Origin: Amoebidium appalachense
Lineage: Eukaryota; Protista; Ichthyosporea
DNA length: 64,000 nucleotides
Direction of reading: 5' to 3'
Assembly: GCA_963693365.1 (NCBI GenBank)
Contig: CAVNZM010000014.1
Coordinates: 1,240,001 to 1,304,000, forward strand
The notes below the pieces were generated by a model. It did not search any database. It was not told where the DNA came from and saw only the letters and a program-made list of their open reading frames with translations. Shown here one piece after another: positions 13,348 to 27,858 of the stretch (positions are counted from its first letter, which is position 1; each line of letters opens with the position of its first letter). The position numbers were made by a program, and so were the translations under genes.

Positions 13348-13885
13348 TTGGGTGGGTGTGTGTGTGTGTGTGTGTGTCGGTGATCTGCGGCCGGAATTCC
13401 GGCTCCCGGGGGCAGAGGGGGGCTCGAGGGGGGGAGGGGGGGGGGTAAACTACGTTACAAGGTGCCGTGTACATTATTTATTCACTACCAACAACCAAAG
13501 GAAGAATCTGCCCAAAGCCGCTGACTTCGCAATATTTGCATGCAGCAGGGACAACAAGAAAAAAAGTAATACTCAGTACTGGACATTTTGGGAATCAAAT
13601 GATTAAACATTGTACTATAAAAACATGTACATCCCGCGCAACGGACACTCGGGCCCTCTGTCGCGCCCGACTGGCCGTTTTAACACTAAGCTCTGAGTCG
13701 CGATCGACTCGTGTACGTGAGGTGCATGGTATTCGAAAAGCTTTTAGATATTCGGATGCATATGCAAATTGGCGAGTCTTTGCTTTATTAAATCTGTATA
13801 TGTACCAATCGGATCCGAAAGGTTTAGTAGTAAATCCAACCATGTGACTCAACCACAAGATGATGCCAGAACTTTTTACTTTTTT

Positions 13886-13918
<33 letters not shown>

Positions 13919-13919
13919 T

Positions 13920-13950
<31 letters not shown>

Positions 13951-13964
13951 GTACATGCATGATC

Positions 13965-14106
13965 CATTAGTTTTAAGGTTGGAAATAAACTATAAAAAAG
14001 GTGGGAATATGGGGGAGACGCCAAAGGAAACACTACAAAACGTCCGAAAAAAGAAAACCAGAATCAATCAATTTAAGCGTGAAGACACTTGAACAGAGCC
14101 CATTAT
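13965..14106 (-). mobile_element. Degenerate copy of the dispersed repeat (subfamily 2)
   Basis: GGTTGGAAATA...GAAGACACTTGAACAGAGCCCAT matches 25400-25515. G tracts lie on both sides. Confidence 0.55.
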
Positions 14107-14118
14107 GGGGGGAGGGCC

Positions 14119-14155
<37 letters not shown>

Positions 14156-14345
14156 ACAGCAAAAGCTTTTGGCTGGGTTATTTTGAACATAAATTCGTGT
14201 TTATTTTTAACCACATAGCAGGCTTTATTAGCAGCTGAGTGCATAGACAAAGCATATACCATCACATCCAATAGAGAGTCAACAAAAAAAAAAAAAAGAA
14301 GAGAGAAAGTCCTACAAAACATATCGTTGTGGTTGTCATTGTAGG

Positions 14346-14390
<45 letters not shown>

Positions 14391-14462
14391 ATGTGTAAAG
14401 GTTGCGTGCATACAGCCTCAGTGTGTCTGTGTGCACGGCACGTGTTCTTCTATGTCATGGGC

Positions 14463-14512
<50 letters not shown>

Positions 14513-15023
14513 CCTGTGGTGTGTGTGCAGCCATTCTTCAATATCTAATGCACCCCTTTCAGCCCACTCGGGATCACATCTTCACCACTCCTACCTACGT
14601 CGTACGCAACCAAGCCAAACGGCTTTATCAATTCCAAAAAAACAACAAAACCAAAACCAAAATAAAAATACTACACACAAAAGTTTGTCGATAACTACAC
14701 ACACAGACATCATAATTCGTCTACTTCCGGTTTCAGCACACAATTCCACAAGCCAGGAAAAGTTAAAATAATTTTTTTTCGTTATCCTGGTACTTCAGAC
14801 TCTTTTCACTCTTCTGCCATCAGCCATCACGTGCAAAACATTGCACCAAAACGAAACACGAACACAAAAAGAAAAAGACAGGCACCAAGCTCGCAGCAAA
14901 AATCTTACAGGCCGTTAAAACACACACACCCCAGTCAATACCTTCCTCAAGACCTACAACACCCTTTTACCGGGTTTCAAATCGTTTTTTCCCATATATT
15001 CCCATCTCCTACCGTAACACCCG

Positions 15024-15244
15024 CTACTGTGGGCGGTAATATTCCGGGTTTGGTTGGTAGTATTGCGGTGGGTAGGCGTGGGGAGGTGGGCCGGGGAGGG
15101 CGGTAGGGGCAGGAACGCCGGGTGGCTGGGAGGGGGGTTGGGCTTGGGCCGGACGGGGGGCAGGGGGCCGGTAGGGGGTTATTCGCATGGTGCCCGGGGG
15201 AGGGGCAGGGGCTATGTTTGGACGGGGAGGCTGGCCCGGTGCCG

Positions 15245-15323
<79 letters not shown>

Positions 15324-17810
15324 GTGTGAGTGTGTATGCGGGTGCATGTGTACTGTGCATGCGTGTGTAGGTGTGTGTGCGAGTGTGTGTGTGCATGGTG
15401 TGTTAGTCCATGATCTGATCGTTGGGGGGATTGAACGGGGGGCAAAATGTGTTACAGAATGTGAAATACACATTTATGAGACGTCGGACAACACCACGCA
15501 AATTTCGCAAAGCATGTACGCTCTGTGGGGAGGGGAGGGGGGGGGGGGGGGGGGGGGGGGGAGAGAGTGCCGACACCGGTTAAGGATATGCCAGGCATTG
15601 CACCCTTCTACCCACCCATCTTCCTTCACAAAGACCAGGGGGGGGGAGGGGAGGAGGGGGGGGGGGGGGGGGGGGAGGGGGGGGGGGGAGAAAGGAGGGA
15701 AGGGAGGAGGAGGAGGAGGAGCGGGAGGGAGATAGTGTGTGTGTGTGTTGGGGGGGGGGGGAGGGGGGGGGGGGGGGGATTTCTTGCATACCCGGGGGGT
15801 GGTTGCTGATAGTATTGTTGGGGGGCACCTTGGGGTGGGGGGCCGTAGGGGCCAGGTTTGGGTGGGTAGGCAGCCTCACGACCTGATTGGTCACGTAACA
15901 GCAGAGTGTTATTGGTTGGCTGTCACGATCCTCAGCAAATGCTCCCTCCCCCCTCCCCTCCAATAACAACAACAATAATATTACTAATAATAAAAATATT
16001 ATTACTAATAAAAAAATAATATTAATAATAATAAAAATACACACACACCCCACCACCGCCAACTACTTATTTTTTGTTCAAAACCCGAACCTTTAAATCG
16101 TAGCTGTGAGCACGGGTGAGACAAGAAAAGGTGGAGGGAGGAGGGGAAGAAGAGAAGGTTGGGGGGGGGACAGGGGAGGGGATAAGGAGGATGGGGGACA
16201 GGGGGAGGGAAGGGGGGGGGGGGGGAGGGTTTGAATGCGGAACACGGTACGAAGTACGCATACACGAAGGACACATGCAAAGGCAAACATTCAAGTATGC
16301 AACATAGCCATGCGCACAGTATGCGTCATAAGCAGAGCCCATCCTCAGGGAGGGCCAGAGCCATCAATTGCGCCTGAGTTTCGACCCCTTAGCCCGCGTA
16401 TAAACGACTGGGGGGGAGCAATGACCTTGCCCGGGTTGTTGTTGTGGGGCTTGGGCATACGGTGGGTGGGGGGTTTGAGGGCCCTGGGGCCAAGCCTGGG
16501 GGTGTTCTTGGGGGCGCCAGTGGCCGTACTGGTCCCCGGGTGGAGGGGGTTGGGGCTGGGTGGGTGGACCTGCATGATCATAACACACCGTGGTCAGATG
16601 CGGCATAGCCCCCTTCCTCCCCCTCCCCCCATAAAAAAAAACATCCCCCAAAACACACACACACACACAGACACACACAACGTGCTATTCTTGTCATCTA
16701 AGCTCACTAGGGGTTTGACTCCGGTAATCAAACGAAACAAAACATCTCAATTCTCCTTCCCATCCCCCCCCCCCCCCGACCTCCCCGAACATTCGTAGCA
16801 AAGGATAAAGCAAGGATATATGTATATAGATAAATCAACAATAAGCACCAAATACACAAACATATTAGGACACACACAAACATACACACACGCGCGCACG
16901 TCCACACCCATTCAAAAGCACACACCCACACCCACCCACAGACCCACACCTAGACAAATAGGAACAGAACAAAGAGAAGGGGGGTTTGGGGGGGGGGTTT
17001 GAATGCGGAACACGGTACGAAGTACGCATACACGAAGGACACATGCAAAGGCCAACATTCAAGTATGCAACATAGCCATGCGCACAGTATGTGTCATAAG
17101 CAGAGCCCATCCTCAGGGGGATGAGGGGAGGAGCGAGGGAGAAAGAAGAACAACACCCAATGCAGAAGCATACAAACGGACACCAGCAAAACCCCACCAG
17201 TACACACACAGGCAGGTATACACAGCATTCCCCTCCAAACCAACATTGACTACCATCAAAAATGCCTATTTTCAAAGGCTACATGACCACCAAAAACATA
17301 ACATGACTGCCATAAAAGGCAACACGGCCACCATAAAAGATAACATCACTACCATAAAAGGCAACATCACTACCATAAAAGGCAACACGACTACCATGAA
17401 ATGCAACGCCACTACCATAAAAATAATTACCACATAAAAAGTAACCCGCGGCAAAATGGCTACCATAAAAGGCAACATCACTACCATAAAAGGCAACATC
17501 ACTCCCATAAAAGGCAACACGACTACCATGAAATGCAACGCCACTACCATAAAAGGCAACATAATGACCACATAAAAAGTAACCCGCGGCAAAATGGCTA
17601 CAATAAAAGGCAACATCACTACCATAAAAGGCAACATCACTACCATAAAAGGCAACATCACTACCATAAAAGGCAATAACCTGCACCCACCATGTGCTAC
17701 GGGCACTGCATATGGGCCTGGGGGGGCCACTGAGGGGTGGCCCGGCTGCATGGGCACAGGGGCAGGTGCCCACTGCTGGGGGGGGTTGCTCGGGGTGGCG
17801 GTATGCCTCC

Positions 17811-17846
<36 letters not shown>

Positions 17847-17923
17847 CGATGGGAAGAACATGAATTGAATGATCAGCAGAAACAACCACGAGCATATATA
17901 ACATGCAGGTGTTCGAAAGACGT

Positions 17924-18017
<94 letters not shown>

Positions 18018-18332
18018 GGGGGGGGGGGGAGGAAGAGAGGTTTGATTCAAAGAAAACACACCAACACGATACATGCGCCTCTAGTATGGAGTAGCAACAA
18101 TAATCCTGCAGAAACACAACATCAGTCACCATAACACAAACACGGTGTTGCATCGGTGCGGGTTGTACGTGTGCACACGTGCGTGCAGATACTATCAGCT
18201 GCCTGTACGTGTTGAAGCGGGTGAGGTGGGATGGCATGTTACGAGCAAAGACACAAGTGTGAAAAGCTTGCCCACCCAGGGATGAGGGTAAAGGAACAGG
18301 CACGCAGGGTGAGACTGGGGGGCGCGGGTGAG

Positions 18333-18370
<38 letters not shown>

Positions 18371-19032
18371 GCGTGTGTGTGTGTGTGTGTGGGGTTAAGC
18401 ATGACGGACCGGCAAACTCGGAGGCAAACACACAAAATGGTCAAAAAAGAAAATCGGGAGGGAGGGGGTGGGGGTGGGGAGAGGGGGAGGGGGGAAGGAG
18501 GGGGGTGTGCTGTGATACCTGGGGGGGATACTGCTGGGGAGGCATGTGGTGTGTTGGTTGCTGGTAGTGGGGGGGATACTGCGCCACGGCATAGTGCCCC
18601 GGTGCAGGCGCCATGGTTGGAGGTGGGCCAGGTTGCTGAAGAGAGAGGTAAAAAAAAAAAACATCAGTCACAGTCAATGAGAAACAACACAGCCTTCAAC
18701 ACACATAGGCAGGCAGGCAGGCACACATACACGTACACACATTCACCTCTTCGCCCCTCCCCCTCTCCCCCCCCCCCTCCCCCCCCCCCCCCTCTCCCCC
18801 TGTTTCACATACGCAGGGAACATGTAGGTAAGTAGCATGGCGGCTCCACCCGATTCCTTTACGTGTCTACACCGACGTGCCAGTGTGTGTGTGCTTCTGT
18901 TGAAAGTTCACTTTTTACACCCATCACCCGAACCACACACAGACAAACGGACGTGCAAGCACAGGCACGTATGCACGTGTATCCACGGTTGGAAAGCAGG
19001 CTGCCATGTGTCACGACACAAAAGTAATGGCC

Positions 19033-19097
<65 letters not shown>

Positions 19098-19126
19098 CGG
19101 ATGGTGGTGGTGGTGGTGGTTGTGGT

Positions 19127-19205
<79 letters not shown>

Positions 19206-19219
19206 TTTTTTTTTTTTTT

Positions 19220-19264
<45 letters not shown>

Positions 19265-19854
19265 AACTCACAGGCTGTGGAGGGCCAGGATACACCATAG
19301 CCGGTTGTGATTGGGTCGGTGGAGGTCGGGACGCCTGGGTATCGAGATTTCAATTAGAACCCCCCTGCTCCCCCCTCCCCCCACACTCAAACCACGCTGC
19401 CCCCGCTCCCCCTCCCCCCCCCCCCCCCTCCCGCCCCCCCTCCCGCGCCACCTTTTCTCTGCCCCATTTTTCACCGACCCATGTGTAATTGTCTTTCTAT
19501 CCCCACACAACATACATGGCCAACTCATATGATTCGCCTCCACATTACCAGCACACATACACGAACAGGCAAAACAATACAACCAGCAAAGACTCTTCCC
19601 TATTTTTTGGTCCCAATAGCAAGAGGCCCACATGGGTTTATTACTTTTGAGATGAGAGAGTACCGAATGCAACGCAGCGGGGCCAAAAAAGCAAAAGGTG
19701 TATGTGTGTGTTGGGGGTGAGGGGGGGGGGGGGGGGGGGGGGAGGGGGCATACCCTTGGGTCGCCTTGTGGCCAATAATACTCGGCAGGTACAGGTGGGC
19801 CTGTGAGGGTAACCAATCAGTACACTGTGTGTGTATGTGTGTGCCTTCTTCTTA

Positions 19855-19886
<32 letters not shown>

Positions 19887-20874
19887 CCACCCGCCCTCCT
19901 CCCTTCCCCTGTGCATGAACACTACTTTGGCACGTTGAACAGCCCGTGTGCAACAGTGAGACGTCATCAACACGCACATATGTAGCAGGGAACCAAAATA
20001 CACCGGCGGGGGGGGGGGGGGGGGGGGGAGGGGGGGAGGGGGGGGGGGGGGGGGGGCTCGTTTACCTGGTGGGGGTGCCTGCTGGTCCGGCCGTGGGGGA
20101 TACTGCTGTAAAGGGTTGATAGTGGTGTTAGAAAAAAGCTGATTTAAATGAAATTTCTATATTTGGAAATATATTAACCCCTAGCCGTTCGCCGATGCAT
20201 TTTTGCGTCGTTTCAAAAAATAATGCATCAGCGACCTTCGAAAATAAATAGCGCCTGACGCGTAACAGTCGTGACGCTAGGAATTTCTGCCTAACTTAGT
20301 ATATGTTTTCTACTTTCGAAAAACACCAAAAACACCGGGGTCGACTATGTTTTTCTGGTTCTCGTGGGTGTTCTACCTAACTGTGTCTATATTTTCAGCG
20401 AGCGGCCCCCCAATTTTCGAACGCTGGCGGCAAGAGGAACGCTGGCGGCAATTTGCTGAAGTCTTTACGGGGATTCATATTACGTAACTGTCTGGAAAGA
20501 AACCCCGCCGCGGTTGGCAAAATGGACACAAATCACGTGTTCATAACACGTGCGGACATATAGGAACACGCCGGTTTTTTTTTTGTTATGGGACACAAAG
20601 AAAGACATATGAACATGTGATTGGTGCATTTTTGTCCACTTTGGCCGCCTCTAATGATTTTTGTTCTATTTTTCAAAGCTGGTGGATTTTGGCCTCCGGG
20701 CAAACGGCTCGGGGTTAAATAGGTGGAGAGTGGAAACCACATTTCCAACACAATGGCCTTGGTTTGGTCTATGATGTCGTCGACATAGGGAGGGGCGAAA
20801 CGTGGACAGTCAGAAACGGAAGATAAGGCAGACCGAGTGCCGGTGAGCCGTGTGTGCATGTGTGTGTGTGTGTG

Positions 20875-20942
<68 letters not shown>

Positions 20943-21118
20943 TGTGTCTATGTGCCTGTCTGTCTGTGTGCGTGTGCGTGTGCGTGTTCGCCTGAGTGTG
21001 TGGATGTGTGCCGGCTTGCGTTAAACAGTTGAGGCAAAAGGAGGAAGAGGACGTCGCGAACGGGAAAAGGGTAGGGAGAGGGGTGGTTTAGAAAGGTCAC
21101 AGAGTACCAGCCCGGGGG

Positions 21119-21151
<33 letters not shown>

Positions 21152-21725
21152 ATTGAACCCACATACCACCTGATATGCATGTGGTGGTGGTGGCTGTGGA
21201 CCATCTCTTGGGTACACCGCCATTGGCCCAGGAGGAGGCGCTGCCTGCGGGTGGGCACCAGGCGGATACGCATATCCCGTATTTTCAGGCTTTGCAGAGG
21301 GTGTGTACATGGGTTGCTCGGGTCGGTAGGGGGGATTTGGTTGATTTTCGTAGCCGGGATAACCTGGATTTTCGGCTGCCGGTACCGTCCATGTCTTGGT
21401 ACCCCCCTGGGGTGGGGGGTGGGGGATAGCCGGTTCCCATTGGCTGTGGCATTATACCGGTTGGAGGTGCTGATCCCTTGGCCTGTAAAGGGAATGGGGG
21501 CAGGAGAGGGAGGGGGAGGGGTAAGAATGTGTCAAGCGGGGGGGGGGGGGGGGGGGGGGGGGGGAGGTTACATTTTGCTATGAAGTCGAAGTAACCATTC
21601 ACGACCGACAACATGTACAATGCAGATACTTCAGTGGAGGGGGGGGGGGGAGAATGGGGGAAGAAAAGCAAGCACAGAAAAAATTAGGGTGGAGGGGGGA
21701 GGGGGGGTAGGGAAACGTTGTGCCG

Positions 21726-21760
<35 letters not shown>

Positions 21761-22678
21761 CACATATTCACACCTGCTTCAGTTGCCTGGGTGTGGGTGG
21801 CTGTGCCTCTGTATCCGCTGCACCCCCCCTCTTCCTCCTTCCTCTCCCTGTGGCCTTTTTGGCCGAGGCTGGTTTGGTGTCTGGTGGGGGCACAAGGAGG
21901 TTGCTGCTGGATATCCCTGCTGGCTCACTGGTGGCTGTCGTGGACGTCTACGTGTACGTGTATGGGTGTGTGAGGGAGGGTGGGTGAGGGGGGGAGGGTT
22001 AGAACGTGTTTCGAGAACGACATGAATGTTCACGGGCAACAACACAACGCAGATAATGCATAAAAGAGCACACCCACCCACACAAACACCCCACACACTC
22101 TCTTACCACACACACTACCCAAACCCACAACAACATCCCTCTCCCCCCCTCCCCCCCCCCCCCCCCCCCCCACCCACCACCACACACGCACACGCACCTC
22201 CACTTCCACCCCTACCCACCACGCCCACCCACCGACCCACACAACCCCATCCCCCCTCCCCCTCCCCCCAACCCCAAGAATCCTTACCCATCCCCACCCC
22301 CACCCCACCCTAAACCCCATATCCCCCCCCTCCCCTCCCCACACCTTCCCCCCCCCCCCCCCCCCCTCCCCCCCCCCCCACACACACACACCTCACTCGG
22401 TGGTGCTACTGGTGCCTGTGTTTGTTCCGTTTGCTCTTCGGTCGGAAATGCAAAGTAGCAGGGAGGGTCCGGATACGGCGTTAGCTGCACAACACACTTG
22501 TCTGATATCGACGGGTCGATGGGGGGGCGCCATTCCAATGTCCCGCGAAATTGCACGTAGTGAACACCGGGGAGATAGCCAAGTTTCACTCCTGAGGGGT
22601 TCTCTGCATGAAAAACGAAAAGGGGATAGTGAGTGCTAGAAAGACATGAGGAATCGAGGGAACCAGGGGAGGGAGGGG

Positions 22679-22711
<33 letters not shown>

Positions 22712-23232
22712 GAGGAATGGGTAGGGTGTTTGTGTGGGTGGGTGGATGTATGCGAGTGTATATGTGTGCATGTGTGTGCAAATGTGCCGCAAACAAGGAG
22801 TTTTTATTAGCTTGTTGTTTTCTTTTTCTTTTTTCTTTTTTCTTTTTCTTTTTTTTTTTTTTTTTGGGGGGGGGAGGAGGGGGGAAGATTGAAATAGGAA
22901 TAGGAATACATCGATGGGATTGCAAAAGCAACAGTTCATCAGAATTACGCAGTGGCTGAACATGCTCTCTTCCCCCGCCCTTCCACTCCGCACACACCCG
23001 AAGTAAAAAAGACCCACACCGACACAACCATCAAACAAACCCCCTCCCCCCATCCCCGCCCTCCCCGCCCTCATCCCCCCATCCTCACAGCACTACTCAC
23101 CGTTCACAGGGTTGCTGTCTCCAGTAACATAGGACACTGAATCCACATCTGCACCACCTTATCCTCAATGCAATGCCAAAAATCTCTTCCCCCCCATCCT
23201 CCCCCCTCCCCACAGGACTTACAACCACCGCC

Positions 23233-23277
<45 letters not shown>

Positions 23278-23351
23278 ACACACCCCTACCCACCCACAGG
23301 TCCTCAGTATGACGTCACACTGCCCCCCTCCCCTCCCCCCTCAAACACACA

Positions 23352-23414
<63 letters not shown>

Positions 23415-23433
23415 ACACACACACACGAACGAA

Positions 23434-23465
<32 letters not shown>

Positions 23466-23585
23466 CACACACCACCACCAACAACAACAAATGCGACCGA
23501 TAACCCATCATCTTTTACAGCAACATACCAAGGCCTGTTTCACACTCACAGACAGAAGGCACCCAAGGCACCCAAGGCACCCAAG

Positions 23586-23655
<70 letters not shown>

Positions 23656-23769
23656 GGACGCACACACACACACACAGGCAACCAAACACTGATGCAAATA
23701 CGAAACCCCCCCCCCCCCCTTTCTTTCTTCCCCCATCCACCCATCCAACACCACCCAACACCGCCACCA

Positions 23770-23832
<63 letters not shown>

Positions 23833-23833
23833 G

Positions 23834-23867
<34 letters not shown>

Positions 23868-24738
23868 ACCTGCCCGTGGAAATGAACCGGGACTCCTCCC
23901 AAACGCCTCATTCCCTGCACCCGGGCTGGGCACAATAGAAACCCCTGGAATTTGGTTCGTAATTTGGTTCAACATTTGGTTCGAAACCCCCACCTTCCTC
24001 TCCTCCCCCATGTTATCCATATTCGGACTCTCATCGGGACGCGGTTTTCTCGGTGAATTATAGGGCGAAGCAATCGGATTTTCTTCCATCGCAACCGGTG
24101 ATGGAATAGGAGATCCGGGGGGGTTCGTATTTGCCACAGCATCCATCGTCATGTCGACAGCTTGAGAATGCCCCGTGGAGTGATCAGTAACAACGACAAT
24201 CGACGGGGGGTCCGGATTACGCGAAATTTCAGGCGTGCGCGGAAAAGCGGGGCTGTGGGGTCTGGATGGGTGGTGTGGGGGGATCGATAGGTGGGTCGTG
24301 TCATCGGTGTCGCTATCTGTGTGGTGGGGGCTTTTGGGACGGGGGGATCCATCACCCCCTAGATCGTGTCTTCGGCGTTTTTGCGAAGATACGCTTCGTT
24401 CCCTATGTCGGTTGTTGGGGGAGTGGGGGACGATTTTTCGATGCTTGGGAAATGTGTGGGTCTGTGGGGAGCCGCACAGGTCAGCGTGAAAGAATAAGGT
24501 TTGTTTGTGTCCGTGTGTGTGTGTTCAAGCATCCGGAGGGGAAGGGGTGGGTTAGAAGAGGTCACAGAGTGGAAAGTCCATATTCACCGGGGACGACCCG
24601 GGGGGGGGGGGGGGGGGGAGGGGGGAGGGGGGGAGGAGGGGGGGAAAACAACATGACCTGAAGCGCACACGCACACGCACACGCACACGCACACGCACAC
24701 GCGCGCACACACGCACACACACACGCACACGCACACGC

Positions 24739-24798
<60 letters not shown>

Positions 24799-25857
24799 GC
24801 AACAACACACCTCCGGTGCCGGTGACAGGGTCTCTGGGGTTGTGCGTTCGTCCTCCGTCACACTGTCCTGCTGTTGTCTGCTCGCGATGCAACAGTTTTT
24901 AGTTGCATGATCAAGTAAGCACATATGAAAGTCTGCACATGATATTTGAAGTAAAGCACATAAAACAAAAAGTGAGCAGGTAAAAAGTATTTGGTCAAAA
25001 GCCAACCCTCCCCCCCCCCGCCCCTCCCCCTCCCCTTCCAACTCACACACGCACGTGCGCACGCACACCCACACCCACAACCCCACCCACCCACCCACAC
25101 ACGCCAACTCACACAGTCACCCCCATTCAACGTGTGGTAAGGACATACACACATCAAGCAACACCGGTTAAGAGATAATCAAGCATGACGTGTGTGTGCT
25201 TGGCAATGTGGTTGCTATTTCTTCCTTACAGGAGTCCAAGGGAAAACAACTGATGTACAGGGAACCAAAACAAGGCGAATGTACAACACACGGGCAGACG
25301 TAAGAACACCGCCGAAAGAGAATGATGGTTTTTTTGTTTTTTTTCCTTTTGCGAGGGGGAAAGGGGGGGGGGGGGGGGGGGGAGGATGTATGCATTAGAG
25401 GGTTGGAAATATGGAGGAGACAACAAAGAGCAACAACAAAAGCGTCACAAAAGTGGGAAATCCAAAATCAAACGATTTAATCGTGCAGGCAGAAGACACT
25501 TGAACAGAGCCCATAATCAGGGGGTTCCTATGCCTCCACAAAAGCATGAGTTTCGACTCTTTAAACTCTCGCGCATAATTCCCAACCCATACTTTGTTTC
25601 AACAGCAATAGGCAAGTCCACCCGCATTGGCCAAAGACGAGCAAGGGATGTTCAAGGTGCAGCAATCTAAGAACACAGAGTCTGGGGGGGGGGGGGGGGG
25701 GGGGGGGGAGGGGAGAGAGAGAATTCTGTACTTTTCAGCATCGTCAGGGTGCAATCCTTGGTGGCCCGGCTGGAAAATGGTGGGGGAGCTGGTGGGAGAA
25801 GAAACATAAGTACAGTGTATAGGTGGTGGTGGTGGTGGTGGTGTGTGTGTGTGTGTG

Positions 25858-25890
<33 letters not shown>

Positions 25891-25984
25891 GTGCCGGGCG
25901 GGTGGGCTGGGCCATGGAGACATACACGAGAACAAAAGCACACTGGCAGCTGCAAAAATAGCCTGAATCTAGAATAATGGCAAA

Positions 25985-26017
<33 letters not shown>

Positions 26018-26244
26018 CCTCCCTCTCTGCCTCTGTGTCTCTCTCTCCCCTCCCCTCCCCTCTCGCCTCAGGGAGTGGGGTCCCAACACACGTAGCCATC
26101 CCGCTACATCCACCCACCTCCCTCTCCAAACGCGCACGTGCATGCACACCCACGTGTACACCCACGCGCACACGCATGCTTGCTCGCAGGCGCACACGCA
26201 CACACATCCACTGATCTACCAGCACGCACGCACGCACACGCACG

Positions 26245-26295
<51 letters not shown>

Positions 26296-27827
26296 CACAC
26301 CTGAACTGGAAGGGTATATTGCGCACTTTCACGTCTTTAAGCAGTGTGTTGCCATTTTCCCTCAGTCGGTTGATGCAACTCCTCACCTGTGCATCAGAAA
26401 TGGTGTCACTATTCCAAATCTGTATTTCATTGTATCTCCCAATTCCAATGGTGCGAAGTTTCATCTTCCGTTGTATAATATATACCTTTTATCGCCTGCT
26501 TATCAGCGGTATCATTATTCGATTGTTACTGAATGGCTCGAAACAAGCTCAAAAATTCTAAAAAAGTTGTGAAATGGGGTGCGTCATGGGGTGTGTGTGT
26601 CTGTGTGTGTGAGGAAGTGTGTGTGTGTGTGTGCCCGCACTAATGCATGCATGTGTGTCTGATTCGGTGTATGTGTGTGTGGATGGAGGTCAGGGGGTGG
26701 GGGCGGCTCGAACACTAAGCACCCAGAAGAATGATAGCTAGGAGGGAAAGGGGAAGAAATTTGGTGCGACTGATGGGTGGGTGGGTGGGTGGGGGGGGGG
26801 GGGGGGGGGGGAGGGGGAGGGAGGGAGGGGAGGGGGGGGGGGGGAGGGGAGGGGGGAGGGAGGAGTGTCCGGAGGCAGCTGGCACCTCTGTGTAGATGGG
26901 TGTGCATGCACAGGCAGGCAATACAGTGTGAAAGATTCGTGTGTTTTATGCGCGCGTGTGTGCCAGACATGTGTGTGCATGTGTGCACATATGCTGACGG
27001 GTGGGTGAATGGGTTTGTGTGTGTGTGTGTGTGCCTGTGAGTGTGTATATGTGTGTATATGTGTAAGCAACCGTGTGTGTGTGTGTGTTTGTGCGCGCAC
27101 ACACAGGTACCTGTATGTATATGTGCATGCTGTGTGTTTGTGTGTGCGCACGTGAGGTTAGCTTACCGTTGTGAGTGAGACATTGCACACCCGCACAATG
27201 TCCTTGTCAGAGCATCCAGACACAATGCAGATGGCTGCAGCAGCTACGGAGATGGGGCACTTGCCTGAAGGGGGGGTGGGGGGGTGGGGGGGTGGGGGGG
27301 GGGAAGTATGCGTTAGAAGTTTTCCTGTTTGTGTGTGTGTAGGGGCGGGGAGAAGGGCACGGGGGGGAGGGGGGGGGGGAGAAGGGGGGGAGGGAGAGAG
27401 GAGGAGGGAGGGCGCTACAAAAGGCTTGGGTGGAAATGGAATCATGGAAAAAAGATAAAGAAGATGGCATCAGTTTAGTGTGAGGGGGGAGAGTGAGGGG
27501 GGGGGGGGGGGGGGGGGATACAACGGGCATGCACGTGCACGAGCATATACCTTGGCAGGCACCCAATATGCACATCTGCCCACATGAACTGAAACGAACA
27601 CACGCACGCACACCACTAACCTTCCCCCCATCCCCCCCCCTCCCCCTCCACACACACATCACCACGCACGCACACATGCACGCACGCACGCACGCACACG
27701 CGCGCAATATTTCTACAATTAACATAGGCACACGCCCCACCCATCCACACTCAAACCCAAGCACACACACACACAACCAAACACACGCGCACAAACACAC
27801 ACACACACACACACCTCCCCCCCCCCC

Positions 27828-27858
<31 letters not shown>

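Noticed and set aside
12780-13870. Unique-sequence stretches with short ORFs between the kinase and the TFIIB-like gene
   Set aside because: No coherent splice model or protein motif was found.
21400-21482. Apparent +1 frameshift at a C-run in the TFIIB-like gene (a similar case lies at 17778-17809)
   Set aside because: In both cases a downstream CCCCAG acceptor restores the frame, and a homopolymer assembly error is equally plausible. Programmed frameshifting is not needed.
25530-25650. Peptide [12 protein letters not shown] in the repeat resembling a family A polymerase C-terminus
   Set aside because: The frame is not preserved in the homologous subfamily 1 copy and the match is too short to support.
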